A stretch of DNA of 64,000 nt from Candidatus Woesebacteria bacterium GW2011_GWA1_39_21 (lineage in GTDB: Bacteria; Patescibacteriota; Microgenomatia; UBA8517): positions 4,055-68,054 of the forward strand of contig LBWP01000004.1 of NCBI GenBank assembly GCA_000993685.1. The letters run 5' to 3'. Positions 38,324 through 47,981 of the stretch are shown in pieces. Position numbers and translations under genes: made by a program. Each line of letters begins with the position of its first letter. The first letter of the stretch is position 1. A model generated the notes under the pieces. The model worked only from the letters and a program-made list of their open reading frames with translations, was not told where the DNA came from and made no database searches.

Positions 38324-38589
38324 ACGTAAGTTATCCTTAAACACAGATACCACCCGCAGCGTATTAATATAAATCAGAATGTAATACCTGCAAACCAACA
38401 TAAACCACCACGGCTTGAAAGCCGTGATATTTTGTCGCCTGCGTTTAACTGCTTTAATCGCAAAAATTTGCTACAACCACGGCATAAATGCCGTGGTTTT
38501 AAGCAAAGTGACAATAAAAAAACGGGCAAAATGATGGATAAAACGTAACGAACGCCAGCACTGTGAGTAAAATCATTTCAAAAATCCTA

Positions 38590-38618
38590 TTGACAATTAT
38601 TAGTTAAATATTTATATT
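38590..38618 (+). promoter_or_regulatory. Candidate sigma-70-type promoter for the LexA-DBD fusion gene.
   Basis: TTGACA (38590-38595), a 17-nt spacer, then TATATT (38613-38618), 22 bp before the ATG at 38641. A small AT palindrome TAATA-N9-TATTA lies between the -10 and the start. The AT-rich context weakens the call. Confidence 0.35.
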
Positions 38619-38640
38619 TTATTAATATTCCATTAGTATT

Positions 38641-39726
38641 ATGTTAGTAAATTTAACACCAAAACAAAAGAAAATATATGAATTCATCAAAAAATTTTAT
38701 GACGAAAAAGGTTATTCTCCAACACTAAAGGAAATTTCTAAAAAATTTAAAACAACCACAACAACAGTCCACCAATTTGTAAAGGCGCTCGAAAAGAAGG
38801 AGTTCTTACACAAAACCAAAGGAAGTGTCCGAAATATCATTCCCATATCACAAAACCCAGCGGCCAGAAACGTTGTATCTAGACAACTCAGCATAGGAAT
38901 AATCGGGTACGGAATGGTTGGGCAAGCTGTCGCTTACGGATTTTCCAATGACAACATTTTCGTGTATGACAAATTCAAAGATTCGCTGGCCTTAACGGAA
39001 GTGTGTACAAAAAGCGATTACATTTTTATCTGCCTACCCACACCGATAAAAGAAGATGAGTCGGGAATAGACCTTTCAATAATCGATGGAAATATAAAAA
39101 AAATTACTAAATTCACAAACAGTACCGACAAGATAATTATTATCAAGTCAACAATCGTACCTGGAACAACAGAGAATTATATCAAGAAATACCCAAAATC
39201 ACTTTTTTGTTTCAATCCCGAATTTTTAACAGAACGCGCATTTTTACAGGATTTCATAAACTCCGATAGAATAATAATCGGGGCCGATAATTCACTCGTC
39301 TTCCGAAAAGTTTCTTCGATTTATCAATCAATCATGCCAAACACTCCAATCTTCCAAACAGATCCAACAAGTGCGGAAATGGTCAAGTACATGGCAAATT
39401 GCTTCCTGGCAACAAAAGTTATCTTTGCCAATGAAATGTATGACATCTGCCAAAGATTAAATATCAATTATGAGGAAGTTAAAAAAATGGTTGTTGCAGA
39501 TAAAAGAATCGGAGCGTCACATCTGGATGTTACATCACTTCGCGGTTTCGGACAAAAGTGCTTTCCGAAAGACTTATTGGCTTTAAAGGGTTTAGCAAAA
39601 AAAATGAAGGTTGACACAACTCTTTTGGATTCGGTTTGGAGTAAAAACTTAAAGATCAGAAAGATTCACGATTGGGAAGAGATCCCCTTCGCCGTTGGTA
39701 AGCCTTCGTTCGGAAATAAAAATTAA
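38641..39726 (+). CDS. Fusion protein: a LexA-type winged-helix DNA-binding domain (residues about 1-75) joined to a nucleotide-sugar (UDP-glucose/GDP-mannose) dehydrogenase-like NAD-binding and partial central domain, with no UDP-sugar-binding C-terminal domain. Putative transcriptional regulator.
   Basis: The N-terminus LTPKQKKIYEFIKKFYDEKGYSPTLKEISKKFKTTTTTVHQFVKALEKKEFLHKTKGSVRNI aligns with the E. coli LexA DBD ([63 protein letters not shown]). The C-terminal part has a Rossmann GxGxxG (IGIIGYGMVGQ), CFNPEFLTERAFLQDFINSDRIIIGAD (the UDPG/MGDP-DH motif xNPEFLREGxAxxDxxxPDRIxxG) and FLATKVIFANEMYDIC…GFGQKCFPKDLLAL (compare GYGGSCFPKD with the catalytic Cys). The protein ends about 70 aa after the Cys, and there is no S24 peptidase domain. 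Confidence 0.8.
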   Translation: MLVNLTPKQKKIYEFIKKFYDEKGYSPTLKEISKKFKTTTTTVHQFVKALEKKEFLHKTKGSVRNIIPISQNPAARNVVSRQLSIGIIGYGMVGQAVAYGFSNDNIFVYDKFKDSLALTEVCTKSDYIFICLPTPIKEDESGIDLSIIDGNIKKITKFTNSTDKIIIIKSTIVPGTTENYIKKYPKSLFCFNPEFLTERAFLQDFINSDRIIIGADNSLVFRKVSSIYQSIMPNTPIFQTDPTSAEMVKYMANCFLATKVIFANEMYDICQRLNINYEEVKKMVVADKRIGASHLDVTSLRGFGQKCFPKDLLALKGLAKKMKVDTTLLDSVWSKNLKIRKIHDWEEIPFAVGKPSFGNKN

Positions 39727-39984
39727 CACATGTTACTTGTTACACAAGCACTGTCTCACTTATACAATACTGGTTTAATTAAAGAGGTTAACCAAATATC
39801 TTTAATATTCTTCTTGCTAGACGCTCATGCAACTTTAACAAATAACTGGGGTATTTTTGTAAAAGTTGATGGTATGAAATTTTCCCTTCTACCCACTCGG
39901 TAACCGACCTAAAAAAGACGACTTGTTAATTATCAACTGCACAAACCTCAGATTTTGGAGTTCCCACAAAAGTATTTTCTAGTG

Positions 39985-41919
39985 TCATTCTACAACTTCC
40001 CCCTCTTCCACTTTATCTCCTTTTCCTTTTGGAGATTTTTTCTCTTCCCCATCACCTTCCGTTTTCTTCTCGTCCGTCTCCGCTTCGTTCTGACTTTTGA
40101 CTTTTGAGTTTTGAGTTTGATTTCCGTACATTGCTTGACCAATCTGACTTAAAGTGTCAGATAAATCCTTCGACGCAGCTTCGACTTCTTCCTTACTTGC
40201 ATCTTCTTTGGCCAAGACGTCTTTAACTGCTTTGATTTTCTCTTCAACTTTCGTTTTGACATCCGCCGGAGCCTTATCTCCCGCATCTTTAAGAGCTTTC
40301 TCGGCTGCGTTAACCATTGAGTCAGCTTGGTTTCTCGCAGTAATTTTCTCTGCCTTTTTTCGATCTTCCTCTTTGTGATGCTCAGCCTCCTCTTGCATCC
40401 TTTTAACTTCGTCATCGGAAAGCCCCACAGCTCCGGAGATAGTGATATTTTGTGTCTTACCGGTTGCCTTATCTTTGGCAGTAACCTTCAAAATGCCGCT
40501 AGCATCAAGGTCAAAGACAACCTCAATTTGCGGGACACCGCGTGGGGAAGGTGGTATTCCATCGAGGACAAAGCGGCCGAGATTTTTATTATCTGCGCTC
40601 ATTGGTCGCTCACCCTGGGTAACATTTATTTCAACTTGGGTTTGATTGTCAGCGGCCGTAGAAAAGACTTCTGTTTTTGATGTCGGAATTGTAGTGTTTC
40701 TCGGAATCATCGGAGTTGCAACTCCACCTAATGTTTCTATTGCCAAAGTTAGAGGTGTAACATCCAAAAGCAAAATATCTTTGACCTCACCGCCCAAGAC
40801 TCCAGCTTGAATTGCAGCACCGACGGCAACAACCTCATCGGGATTTACCGACTGGTTTGGCGTCTTTCCAAACAAATTTTTGACTACTTCAACAACCTTA
40901 GGCATTCTCGTCATTCCACCAACCATAATCACTTCGTCAATATCATGCGCATCAAGCTTTGAATCCTTAAGACACTCCTCAACAGGCTTGATCGTTTTTT
41001 GAATCAGATCGTCAACCAAACTCTCGAGTTTGCTACGTGTTAACTTCATTGTCAGATGGACCGGCTGACCGTCCTTCTGAGTAATATAGGGTTGGTTGAT
41101 CTCGACCTCCATACTGGCGGAAAGTTCAATTTTTGCTTTTTCCGCCGCATCTCTAACTCTCTGAAGTGCTTGTTTATCTGCCCGCAAATCAATTGCATTA
41201 TCTTTCTTAAATTCGTCACAGATGTAGTCTACAAGCTGTTCGTCAAAATCATCTCCACCTAAATGAGTATCCCCATTGGTCGCCTTGACTTCAAAAACAC
41301 CATCACCAAGTTCGAGAATTGAAATATCGAAGGTTCCGCCACCTAAATCATAAACAGCAATCTTCTCTGATTTTTTCTTATCAAGGCCATATGCTAAAGC
41401 CGCGGCTGTTGGTTCGTTGATAATTCGCTCAACTTTAAAGCCTGCTATTTCACCCGCCTGTTTTGTCGCCTGGCGCTGCGAATCATCAAAATATGCGGGG
41501 ACGGTGATTACTGCCTGATCCACACTCTCGCCAAGATAGCTTTCGGCATCTTTTTTCAGCTTCATTAAAATTCTTGCGGAAATCTCCTGAGGTGTATATG
41601 ACTTTCCTTCAACTTCAACGTCTGCCCCGCCGTCTTTCCCCGAAACAATCGTGTAAGGCACCATTTTTTTCGTTCTTTCAACTTCCTTATCGTCAACTCT
41701 TCGTCCCATCAACCTCTTTATCGAGTAAACTGTATTTTTAGGATTTAAGATAACTTGTCTTTTTGCAACATCGCCAACTAGATTTTTGACAGGTTCAACC
41801 ACGGACGGGGTGATGTTTCTCCCAGTATCAACCGCCGGTATGACTTTCGGGCGTCCACCCTCTATCACCGCTACACACGAATTTGTTGTTCCTAAATCTA
41901 TTCCAACTATTTTTCCCAT
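39985..41919 (-). CDS. dnaK: Chaperone DnaK (Hsp70).
   Basis: [23 protein letters not shown], and an acidic C-terminal tail; 644 aa. Confidence 0.97.
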   Translation of the reverse strand: MGKIVGIDLGTTNSCVAVIEGGRPKVIPAVDTGRNITPSVVEPVKNLVGDVAKRQVILNPKNTVYSIKRLMGRRVDDKEVERTKKMVPYTIVSGKDGGADVEVEGKSYTPQEISARILMKLKKDAESYLGESVDQAVITVPAYFDDSQRQATKQAGEIAGFKVERIINEPTAAALAYGLDKKKSEKIAVYDLGGGTFDISILELGDGVFEVKATNGDTHLGGDDFDEQLVDYICDEFKKDNAIDLRADKQALQRVRDAAEKAKIELSASMEVEINQPYITQKDGQPVHLTMKLTRSKLESLVDDLIQKTIKPVEECLKDSKLDAHDIDEVIMVGGMTRMPKVVEVVKNLFGKTPNQSVNPDEVVAVGAAIQAGVLGGEVKDILLLDVTPLTLAIETLGGVATPMIPRNTTIPTSKTEVFSTAADNQTQVEINVTQGERPMSADNKNLGRFVLDGIPPSPRGVPQIEVVFDLDASGILKVTAKDKATGKTQNITISGAVGLSDDEVKRMQEEAEHHKEEDRKKAEKITARNQADSMVNAAEKALKDAGDKAPADVKTKVEEKIKAVKDVLAKEDASKEEVEAASKDLSDTLSQIGQAMYGNQTQNSKVKSQNEAETDEKKTEGDGEEKKSPKGKGDKVEEGEVVE

Positions 41920-41926
41920 ATTTTTA

Positions 41927-42460
41927 TTATCTTTTTGCCTTATAAACTTTTACTTTTGCGTGTCTGATTATTAATTTTCCCTCGTTCAAACTGTCTTCAC
42001 CTTTGTACTTCCAACCTGATAAGACAACCTCAGCAATCTTTCCATCCTGGTCTTGTTCACTTATCTCAACTATCTCAACTGCCTCATTCTCGTTGTTGTC
42101 AAAAGTATTGCCAACCTCAGGAACAATTTCTTCCAGACCTTCTTCCGTAAAAACTCTTTTAAACTCTCCAATTGCGATGGCCAATCCAGAATTGTTCAGA
42201 TGTTTTTGCGCCGACTCAAAATTATCTAATATCGGAAGCATTGTGGTCAAGATCCTTTGAGACGAGAACTTAATCCACAAATCCTTTTCCGCGTCTGTTC
42301 TTTTGCGCAAATTATCATAATCTGCCAAAACTCTTGCCAACTGATTTTTTAAAAGTTCGACTTCCGGATTTTGACTTCCTTTTTTCGCTTCTTTAACTTT
42401 ACTTCCTCCGGACGGGTCATTACTGGTGTGTTTTTTAATCCTAAAACTGGACTTATCCAT
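41927..42460 (-). CDS. grpE: Nucleotide exchange factor GrpE.
   Basis: 177 aa, coiled-coil N-terminus, GrpE C-terminal beta domain, between hrcA and dnaK. Confidence 0.85.
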   Translation of the reverse strand: MDKSSFRIKKHTSNDPSGGSKVKEAKKGSQNPEVELLKNQLARVLADYDNLRKRTDAEKDLWIKFSSQRILTTMLPILDNFESAQKHLNNSGLAIAIGEFKRVFTEEGLEEIVPEVGNTFDNNENEAVEIVEISEQDQDGKIAEVVLSGWKYKGEDSLNEGKLIIRHAKVKVYKAKR

Positions 42461-42467
42461 TTTATCG

Positions 42468-43199
42468 CTATCTAGTTGCCTCTTCTATCAAACTGCCAAA
42501 ATATTTAAGAATAGGCACAACTCGAGAATAACTCAATCTAGCAGGTCCGACAACCCCCAATGCACCCTTCCTTCCATAAATATTGAAATGTGTCGAGACA
42601 ATACCAACTGGTCCGAGGTTGGGCCACGATAGCTCTTCGCCAAACATCACGTCAAGAATCGACGCGGGATCCATTCGATGAAATAAAAGATCGTTAATCC
42701 TATCTACTTGGTCAATCATCGAGAAAAGACTCTCGCAAACCAGCATGTCGGAAAACTCCGGATTAGAAAAAATGTTTGCGTACCCTGCATGCCAAATCTT
42801 GCCATAAGTATCAACGGCAGCAACAGAAAGATTTCCCGTTTGCTGCGCCAGCGCGTGGGTGGCCCCATCCATAATTCTGTCAATATCTCCCTTTCCTTTG
42901 TCCACATCTTCCCTCGCTTTAACCTCATCAGCCAAACTCATCTGCTTTTCTACCATTAGTTGATCAACATAAAGTTTCATAGCCTTTGGCGTGGGGACCC
43001 TCCCGGATGAGGTGTGAATTTGCTTTAAGAAACCCTTTTTAATAAGCTCAGCCATCTCATTTCTGATTGTGGCAGGTGAAATTCCAAGGTTAAACTTTTT
43101 GTCCAACGTTTCCGAGCCAACCGGTTCAGCAGTCTCGATATATTCATCGATGAGAAGTTTTAAAATTTGAATTTGTCTTGCAGATAATGAATCGGTCAT
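42468..43199 (-). CDS. hrcA: Heat-inducible transcription repressor HrcA (short form).
   Basis: LSARQIQILKLLIDEYIETAEPVGSETL matches the HrcA N-terminal wHTH. It is the first gene of hrcA-grpE-dnaK. Start chosen at MTDSL (the track start is 43250). Confidence 0.8.
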   Translation of the reverse strand: MTDSLSARQIQILKLLIDEYIETAEPVGSETLDKKFNLGISPATIRNEMAELIKKGFLKQIHTSSGRVPTPKAMKLYVDQLMVEKQMSLADEVKAREDVDKGKGDIDRIMDGATHALAQQTGNLSVAAVDTYGKIWHAGYANIFSNPEFSDMLVCESLFSMIDQVDRINDLLFHRMDPASILDVMFGEELSWPNLGPVGIVSTHFNIYGRKGALGVVGPARLSYSRVVPILKYFGSLIEEATR

Positions 43200-43264
43200 A
43201 TTCTCGTTGCTTCGCCCACTTGTTACAAGCAATTTTATCCTTGCTACCAAGTGAAGTCGAAAGG

Positions 43265-43291
43265 TTAGCAGAATACTAACACGAGTGCTAA
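43265..43291 (-). promoter_or_regulatory. CIRCE HrcA operator upstream of hrcA.
   Basis: TTAGCAGAA-TACTAACAC-GAGTGCTAA (left arm 6/9, right arm 9/9, exact 9-nt spacer). On the minus strand it is preceded by TTGACA 6 nt upstream (candidate -35), and it lies about 65 bp upstream of the hrcA start. Confidence 0.6.
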
Positions 43292-43367
43292 TTGCTTGTC
43301 AATAGCATTTCTACACTTCGATCAACTCACAACACAAGTATAAATTTAGTGAAAACCTAAAAAATAA

Positions 43368-45095
43368 TCAGTCAGTGGTTTCAGCCGGAGTTGGAATAAC
43401 ATTCTCTGTTTCCTTTTGTGGAATGGAGCTAAACTGTCTTTTGATAAAGGTACGTTTCAATAGATTTAAAAACACCCCCAGTTCTTCAGACTTTAAAATA
43501 GCGGCAACAATAAAATAGGTAAAAAGACCGATTACACTAACAACAAATGTAAGAATTAATAAGTTACTTGTATATCGCGTATCCAAAACAAATTTTTCAA
43601 AAGGCAGGTTTTTTGTTGCTTCAATCTGGGTAAGAAAAGAAAGCCGCTTAACCCAAACACTTCGATCAAAAAATTTAAGGATTAAAAACATTACTGCACC
43701 CGCAGAGACGGCCGCTACAAGAGATTTTACAAACGGTTTAAGCAGAATAGTATATTTCAATCTAAGATATCTTTTGTTTAAAAGACAAAAAAGGACCGAG
43801 CATTGAAAAACACTTCCAACAGTAAAGGCCAAGGCAAGACCCCAAACTTCAAATTTCAAAACTCTGATCAGGACAAAATCCATGACAACAACAGCGATGA
43901 TTGTTAATATCGAAATAGAAACTGGCGTCTTAGTGTCGTTTTGGGCATAAAAAGCCCTCGATAAAAGCGAGATGGCCGCCTGAAAAACTACACCGGATGC
44001 AAATGTAGAAAGTACATACCCGGTTTGTATCGTTGCGGCCCATGAGAAAATCTCCGTTCCGTAGACAAGCCTAACCACCGGAACACGGAGAATAATCAGA
44101 AAGACGGATGCTGGAAGGGCTAAAAATATCAATTGGTTCAGCGAGGAAAGAAGTGTTTTATTAAATTTCTCCCGATCGTCGACGTCCCGTGACAAAGTCG
44201 GAAGCGCCGCTTTTGCAATTGATGTTCCAAAAAGTCCCACCGGAAGAAGCTGAAGCGTGTTTCCGAAAGTGTAGTACGCGTACGACGCTTTACTTAAAAA
44301 CGAAGAAAAGAAAAGCTCCACAACTTTGGAAATTTGCAAAAAACCAACCTCCAAAAGCCGTGGGAGTGCAAGCTTCCCTATCGTTCTTACATCCTCGTCG
44401 ATCTTGATGCGTGGTTTGAATCTAAACCCTGATTTAATCGCAACCGGAAGTTGTATTAAAAAATGTGATGATGCGCCGATAATAACTCCCAATGTCGGCC
44501 CCATTAGTTGCATGTCTTTGGAAAAAACGACCGTTCCGATAATTATTCCGAGGTTATAAAAAAGGGGGGCTAAGGAAGGAATTAAAAATCTTCGCAACGA
44601 TTCCAAGACACCAGTTAACACGTAACTCATGACAAAAAAACCTTGGGCGGCAAACAGCCAACGTGCAATACCGGCAATCTTTTCCCTATCGGCCAGGGAA
44701 TAACCAGGCGCAAATACTCCATATATTTCCTTCGCGAAGATACTCATAAATATAGCGAAGACGGCAAATGCAAGTATCCCGATATTCAAAACCGACGACG
44801 CAATTCCCCAGGCATGTCCATTACCTTTTTTTATCGACTTTGAAAAGACAGGGATAAACGCAGAAGAAAAGGTCCCAAACACCAACACTTCAAAGATCAA
44901 ATCGGGAAGACGGAAAGCGGCAAAAAACAGCGAAAGGTCGTCAGGTGTAAAAAAATGAGCCAATGTCCTTTGCCGAACCAAGCCCAGCACCCTCGAAGCG
45001 ATAATCATAAACATAATTAACGTCGCGGCTGAAAGAACCGAACCTTGTGGTTCGAGAATAATTTTTCTACCTTTCTCGATTATTTTTTTAAACAT
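43368..45095 (-). CDS. murJ: Lipid II flippase MurJ (MviN) with a C-terminal extension.
   Basis: N-terminal …ATLIMFMIIASRVLGLVRQRTLAHFF matches the MurJ start; about 14 TM segments. Start chosen at MFKKII. Confidence 0.85.
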   Translation of the reverse strand: MFKKIIEKGRKIILEPQGSVLSAATLIMFMIIASRVLGLVRQRTLAHFFTPDDLSLFFAAFRLPDLIFEVLVFGTFSSAFIPVFSKSIKKGNGHAWGIASSVLNIGILAFAVFAIFMSIFAKEIYGVFAPGYSLADREKIAGIARWLFAAQGFFVMSYVLTGVLESLRRFLIPSLAPLFYNLGIIIGTVVFSKDMQLMGPTLGVIIGASSHFLIQLPVAIKSGFRFKPRIKIDEDVRTIGKLALPRLLEVGFLQISKVVELFFSSFLSKASYAYYTFGNTLQLLPVGLFGTSIAKAALPTLSRDVDDREKFNKTLLSSLNQLIFLALPASVFLIILRVPVVRLVYGTEIFSWAATIQTGYVLSTFASGVVFQAAISLLSRAFYAQNDTKTPVSISILTIIAVVVMDFVLIRVLKFEVWGLALAFTVGSVFQCSVLFCLLNKRYLRLKYTILLKPFVKSLVAAVSAGAVMFLILKFFDRSVWVKRLSFLTQIEATKNLPFEKFVLDTRYTSNLLILTFVVSVIGLFTYFIVAAILKSEELGVFLNLLKRTFIKRQFSSIPQKETENVIPTPAETTD

Positions 45096-45274
45096 AACTT
45101 CAGTTGACCTAAAACAAATTCGTTTAACAGACCAAACACCCACTTTGCAGTAAAACCATAATTGATATTAGCGCTCGATTAGATTATACTCACGAGTTAG
45201 CGATTAGTGTAGCGTAATTGACAACTGGTAACTAACTTTAGTTGTCCGTTGGCTACTTCCAAACATAATAAATT

Positions 45275-45556
45275 ATGCCCGTTACAAAAACTGCAAAAAG
45301 AGCTCTTAGAAGTTCCAAAAAAAAACTTGAGGTTAACAAACTGATGAAAGCGAGGTTGGAAATTGCTATTCGTGTTGCAAAAAAGTCTAAAACTAAAACG
45401 AAAGTTATTGATGCGATTTCGCTTGTCGACAAAGCCAGAAAAAAGCACCTCATTCATAAAAATAAAGCTTCTCGCATTAAAAGCTCGTTAGCAAGACATC
45501 TGCCAAAAGAGAGAAAGCAAAAGGCGGTAAAAGCTTCTAAAAAAACGAAAAAGTAA
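45275..45556 (+). CDS. rpsT: 30S ribosomal protein S20.
   Basis: Basic, 93 aa; …KKHLIHKNKASRIKSSLARHL matches the S20 signature (G)LIHKNKAAR.KS.LA. Confidence 0.85.
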   Translation: MPVTKTAKRALRSSKKKLEVNKLMKARLEIAIRVAKKSKTKTKVIDAISLVDKARKKHLIHKNKASRIKSSLARHLPKERKQKAVKASKKTKK

Positions 45557-45652
45557 TCTTCTTAAAGGGACCCCTTTGTGTTATATTGAAAATCAGAGTA
45601 AAAAGGCGAAAAGAAAAGATTCTTATTCCTTTCACCTTTCGCTATTCTTTTC

Positions 45653-46216
45653 ATGCCTGCTGCAAAAAAAAAGAGTAAATCAAAACTGATCAACCTTGTT
45701 CCCGAGGAAGGCTTCGCTTCAACCACCTCGGGGAGAATTCTTTTGTGGACATTGTCAACCTTCAGAGTAATTTTAATTATCACAGAACTGGTCGTAATCG
45801 GGGCTTTTATCTCCCGTTTCTGGCTTGATGCAAAAAACACCGACCTTACGGAACAAGTAAATGAGGTAAAAAACACCATCGTCTCACTAGAACCTTTCGA
45901 AGAAAATTTTAAAGATGTACAGAACCGACTTCAAATTTTCGATTCCTACATCCAAAATAAAGACAAAATAAATTCAAGCCTAAAGACTGTCGTTTCTTAC
46001 AAACCCCAAGGCGTCAGCTTCCAAGAAATCAATGCCGGCCTTGACCAAATCTCAATTAACGCAACCGCCGTCAGCGAAATTCAGATTCAGCAATACTACG
46101 TTAACTTGAAGGCAAGCAATAAATTTGAAAATATAAGATTAAGCAACATCAGCATCAACAAAGAAAACTCGAGTCTAAATTTTGCTTTGACAGCTGATGT
46201 AAAAACAGAAATATGA
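45653..46216 (+). CDS. pilN: Type IV pilus assembly protein PilN-like (bitopic).
   Basis: N-terminal KLINLVPEE (the INLLP motif), a single TM, then a periplasmic coiled-coil plus ferredoxin-like region. It overlaps the next gene by 4 bp. Confidence 0.6.
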   Translation: MPAAKKKSKSKLINLVPEEGFASTTSGRILLWTLSTFRVILIITELVVIGAFISRFWLDAKNTDLTEQVNEVKNTIVSLEPFEENFKDVQNRLQIFDSYIQNKDKINSSLKTVVSYKPQGVSFQEINAGLDQISINATAVSEIQIQQYYVNLKASNKFENIRLSNISINKENSSLNFALTADVKTEI

Positions 46217-46839
46217 GCACGACATTTCGGGACAGGTACTTGAGAAGCAAATATATTGTTCAGAAAACCATCCATGATTATAGCGAAAAGCCCGCGCTTA
46301 GGGCGTACTTGGAGATTTTCTTAACTCTAATTACCGTCTCGCTTTTCGGAATTTTTGCAATCAGGCCGACGTTGATTACAATCGGAAGGCTACTCCAAGA
46401 AATCAAGGCCAAAGAAAGTACTCTGACCGTCATGAATGATAAAGTTTCCGACTTATTGGTCGCGAAAGATCTTTACAATCGGGAGGAAGACAAAATCAAT
46501 CTGATTGATGAAGCGGTTCCTAAATCACCAAAACCAGATAATCTGGCATTACAAATTGAAGAGCTAACCAAAAAAGATGGTGTTTTGATAAACAATTTAA
46601 CAATTGAGGACACACTTGTTCTGGGTCAAGGATCAGATCCCAACGACAATGGTTTGAACTTCAATCTAGGTGTTACGGGTAACTACTTCGATTTAATAAA
46701 ATTCGCAGAGCACCTTGAGACAATGCGTAGACCAATCAATTTTGACAACCTAACCATCACTTCAAATCAAAGTCCGGACGGTAACTCTTTATTTATGACG
46801 TTTGAAAACTTGTCTACACCATATTCATTACAACAATGA
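46213..46839 (+). CDS. pilO: Type IV pilus assembly protein PilO-like (bitopic).
   Basis: Single TM (LEIFLTLITVSLFGIFAI) followed by a periplasmic domain; operon position after pilN. Confidence 0.5.
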   Translation: MSTTFRDRYLRSKYIVQKTIHDYSEKPALRAYLEIFLTLITVSLFGIFAIRPTLITIGRLLQEIKAKESTLTVMNDKVSDLLVAKDLYNREEDKINLIDEAVPKSPKPDNLALQIEELTKKDGVLINNLTIEDTLVLGQGSDPNDNGLNFNLGVTGNYFDLIKFAEHLETMRRPINFDNLTITSNQSPDGNSLFMTFENLSTPYSLQQ

Positions 46840-47120
46840 GAAAGCAAAAAACACCAGCGCTAGTCAATCTTGCAATATATACAACCATAACCGTTTTCTT
46901 ATGGATATTTTTTGATGTTTACCGATCGCTTAAAAAGGCCCCTGTTTTGAATATTGATTCGAAAATTCTCGAACCCATTGACCCCAACCTCGACACAAAC
47001 CTTCTTCAGGAAATTGAAAGTGCCACATTCTTTGACCAATCGTCACCACAAATTTCTCCTCCGTTAAATGACGAAAATAACGCTGAAGTCGCAACAGAAA
47101 GTAGTGAAGTTAATCAGTAA
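46836..47120 (+). CDS. Small hypothetical single-TM protein (pilus-cluster associated).
   Basis: 94 aa, TM LVNLAIYTTITVFLWIFF, acidic C-terminus. Translationally coupled (ATGA) to the pilO-like gene. Confidence 0.45.
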   Translation: MRKQKTPALVNLAIYTTITVFLWIFFDVYRSLKKAPVLNIDSKILEPIDPNLDTNLLQEIESATFFDQSSPQISPPLNDENNAEVATESSEVNQ

Positions 47121-47126
47121 ACGTTT

Positions 47127-47981
47127 ATGAAACCACCCAGATACCAAAAAATACCAACGCTTGTGGGTATTTTTATCCTGTTAATCGGAGTTGCGTCTGG
47201 AGTTATCATGTTAAACGCAAAACAAATTTTCAAACTGGGGGCCAAAGCGGACACAACTCCAAAAAACATTATCTTCTCCAATATTGAAGATAACAGCTTT
47301 ACTTTAAGTTTTGTCACATCGACTGATTGCCGATCGTCAATTAGAATTGCCGAGGATCAGTACTTTTTAAAACCTGTCGCGGTCGATAAACAAGACATAA
47401 AAACGGGTACGCACTACTTCAATATCGAAAACCTGTCAGCGGAAAAAGACTATTACTTGGTTATAAATATCGATGGAACCGATTATTTTACCGACAACCC
47501 TAAAATAATCAAGACCGGGAAAAAGATTAGCCCAAAGAACGAAGGAGAAATCGTCTATGGAAAGGTATATTCAAAATCAGGTCAAGAGCAAGGTGGCGCC
47601 ATTGTTTATGTGCAAAGCGGAAATAATAGTATTATCTCGACAAAAACCTCAGAAAACGGGGATTTTATTCTAAATATTTCAAACGCAAGAACAACAGATT
47701 TAGCATCATACTCAATAATCGACGAACACAAAACAACCATCCAATTTCTTGTTCAGTACGGGAACCTCATCTCTTCTGTTTCATCGTATACTCAAAACGC
47801 ACGACCACTTCCGCCAATTATTCTAGGTAGCAACCTTGATGCAAGAAACTCGTCGGCTCCAATAACTAACATCGAAATACCTACGCCGAGCGTTTACGGT
47901 GCAACTTTTTCAAACTACGACTATCCCTTTCCAATAAAAAACATCTTTAAAGAAAGGGGGTCGGTTTTATCAAATGAATGA
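47127..47981 (+). CDS. Secreted or membrane-anchored beta-sandwich protein (carboxypeptidase-regulatory-like / Ig-like fold).
   Basis: N-terminal signal anchor (IPTLVGIFILLIGVASGVIML) and Thr/Ser/Asn-rich beta-strand-patterned sequence. Confidence 0.5.
   Translation: MKPPRYQKIPTLVGIFILLIGVASGVIMLNAKQIFKLGAKADTTPKNIIFSNIEDNSFTLSFVTSTDCRSSIRIAEDQYFLKPVAVDKQDIKTGTHYFNIENLSAEKDYYLVINIDGTDYFTDNPKIIKTGKKISPKNEGEIVYGKVYSKSGQEQGGAIVYVQSGNNSIISTKTSENGDFILNISNARTTDLASYSIIDEHKTTIQFLVQYGNLISSVSSYTQNARPLPPIILGSNLDARNSSAPITNIEIPTPSVYGATFSNYDYPFPIKNIFKERGSVLSNE

Noticed and set aside
45197-45457. Two minus-strand ORFs (86 aa and 66 aa) overlapping rpsT.
   Set aside because: Antisense to the well-supported S20 gene.
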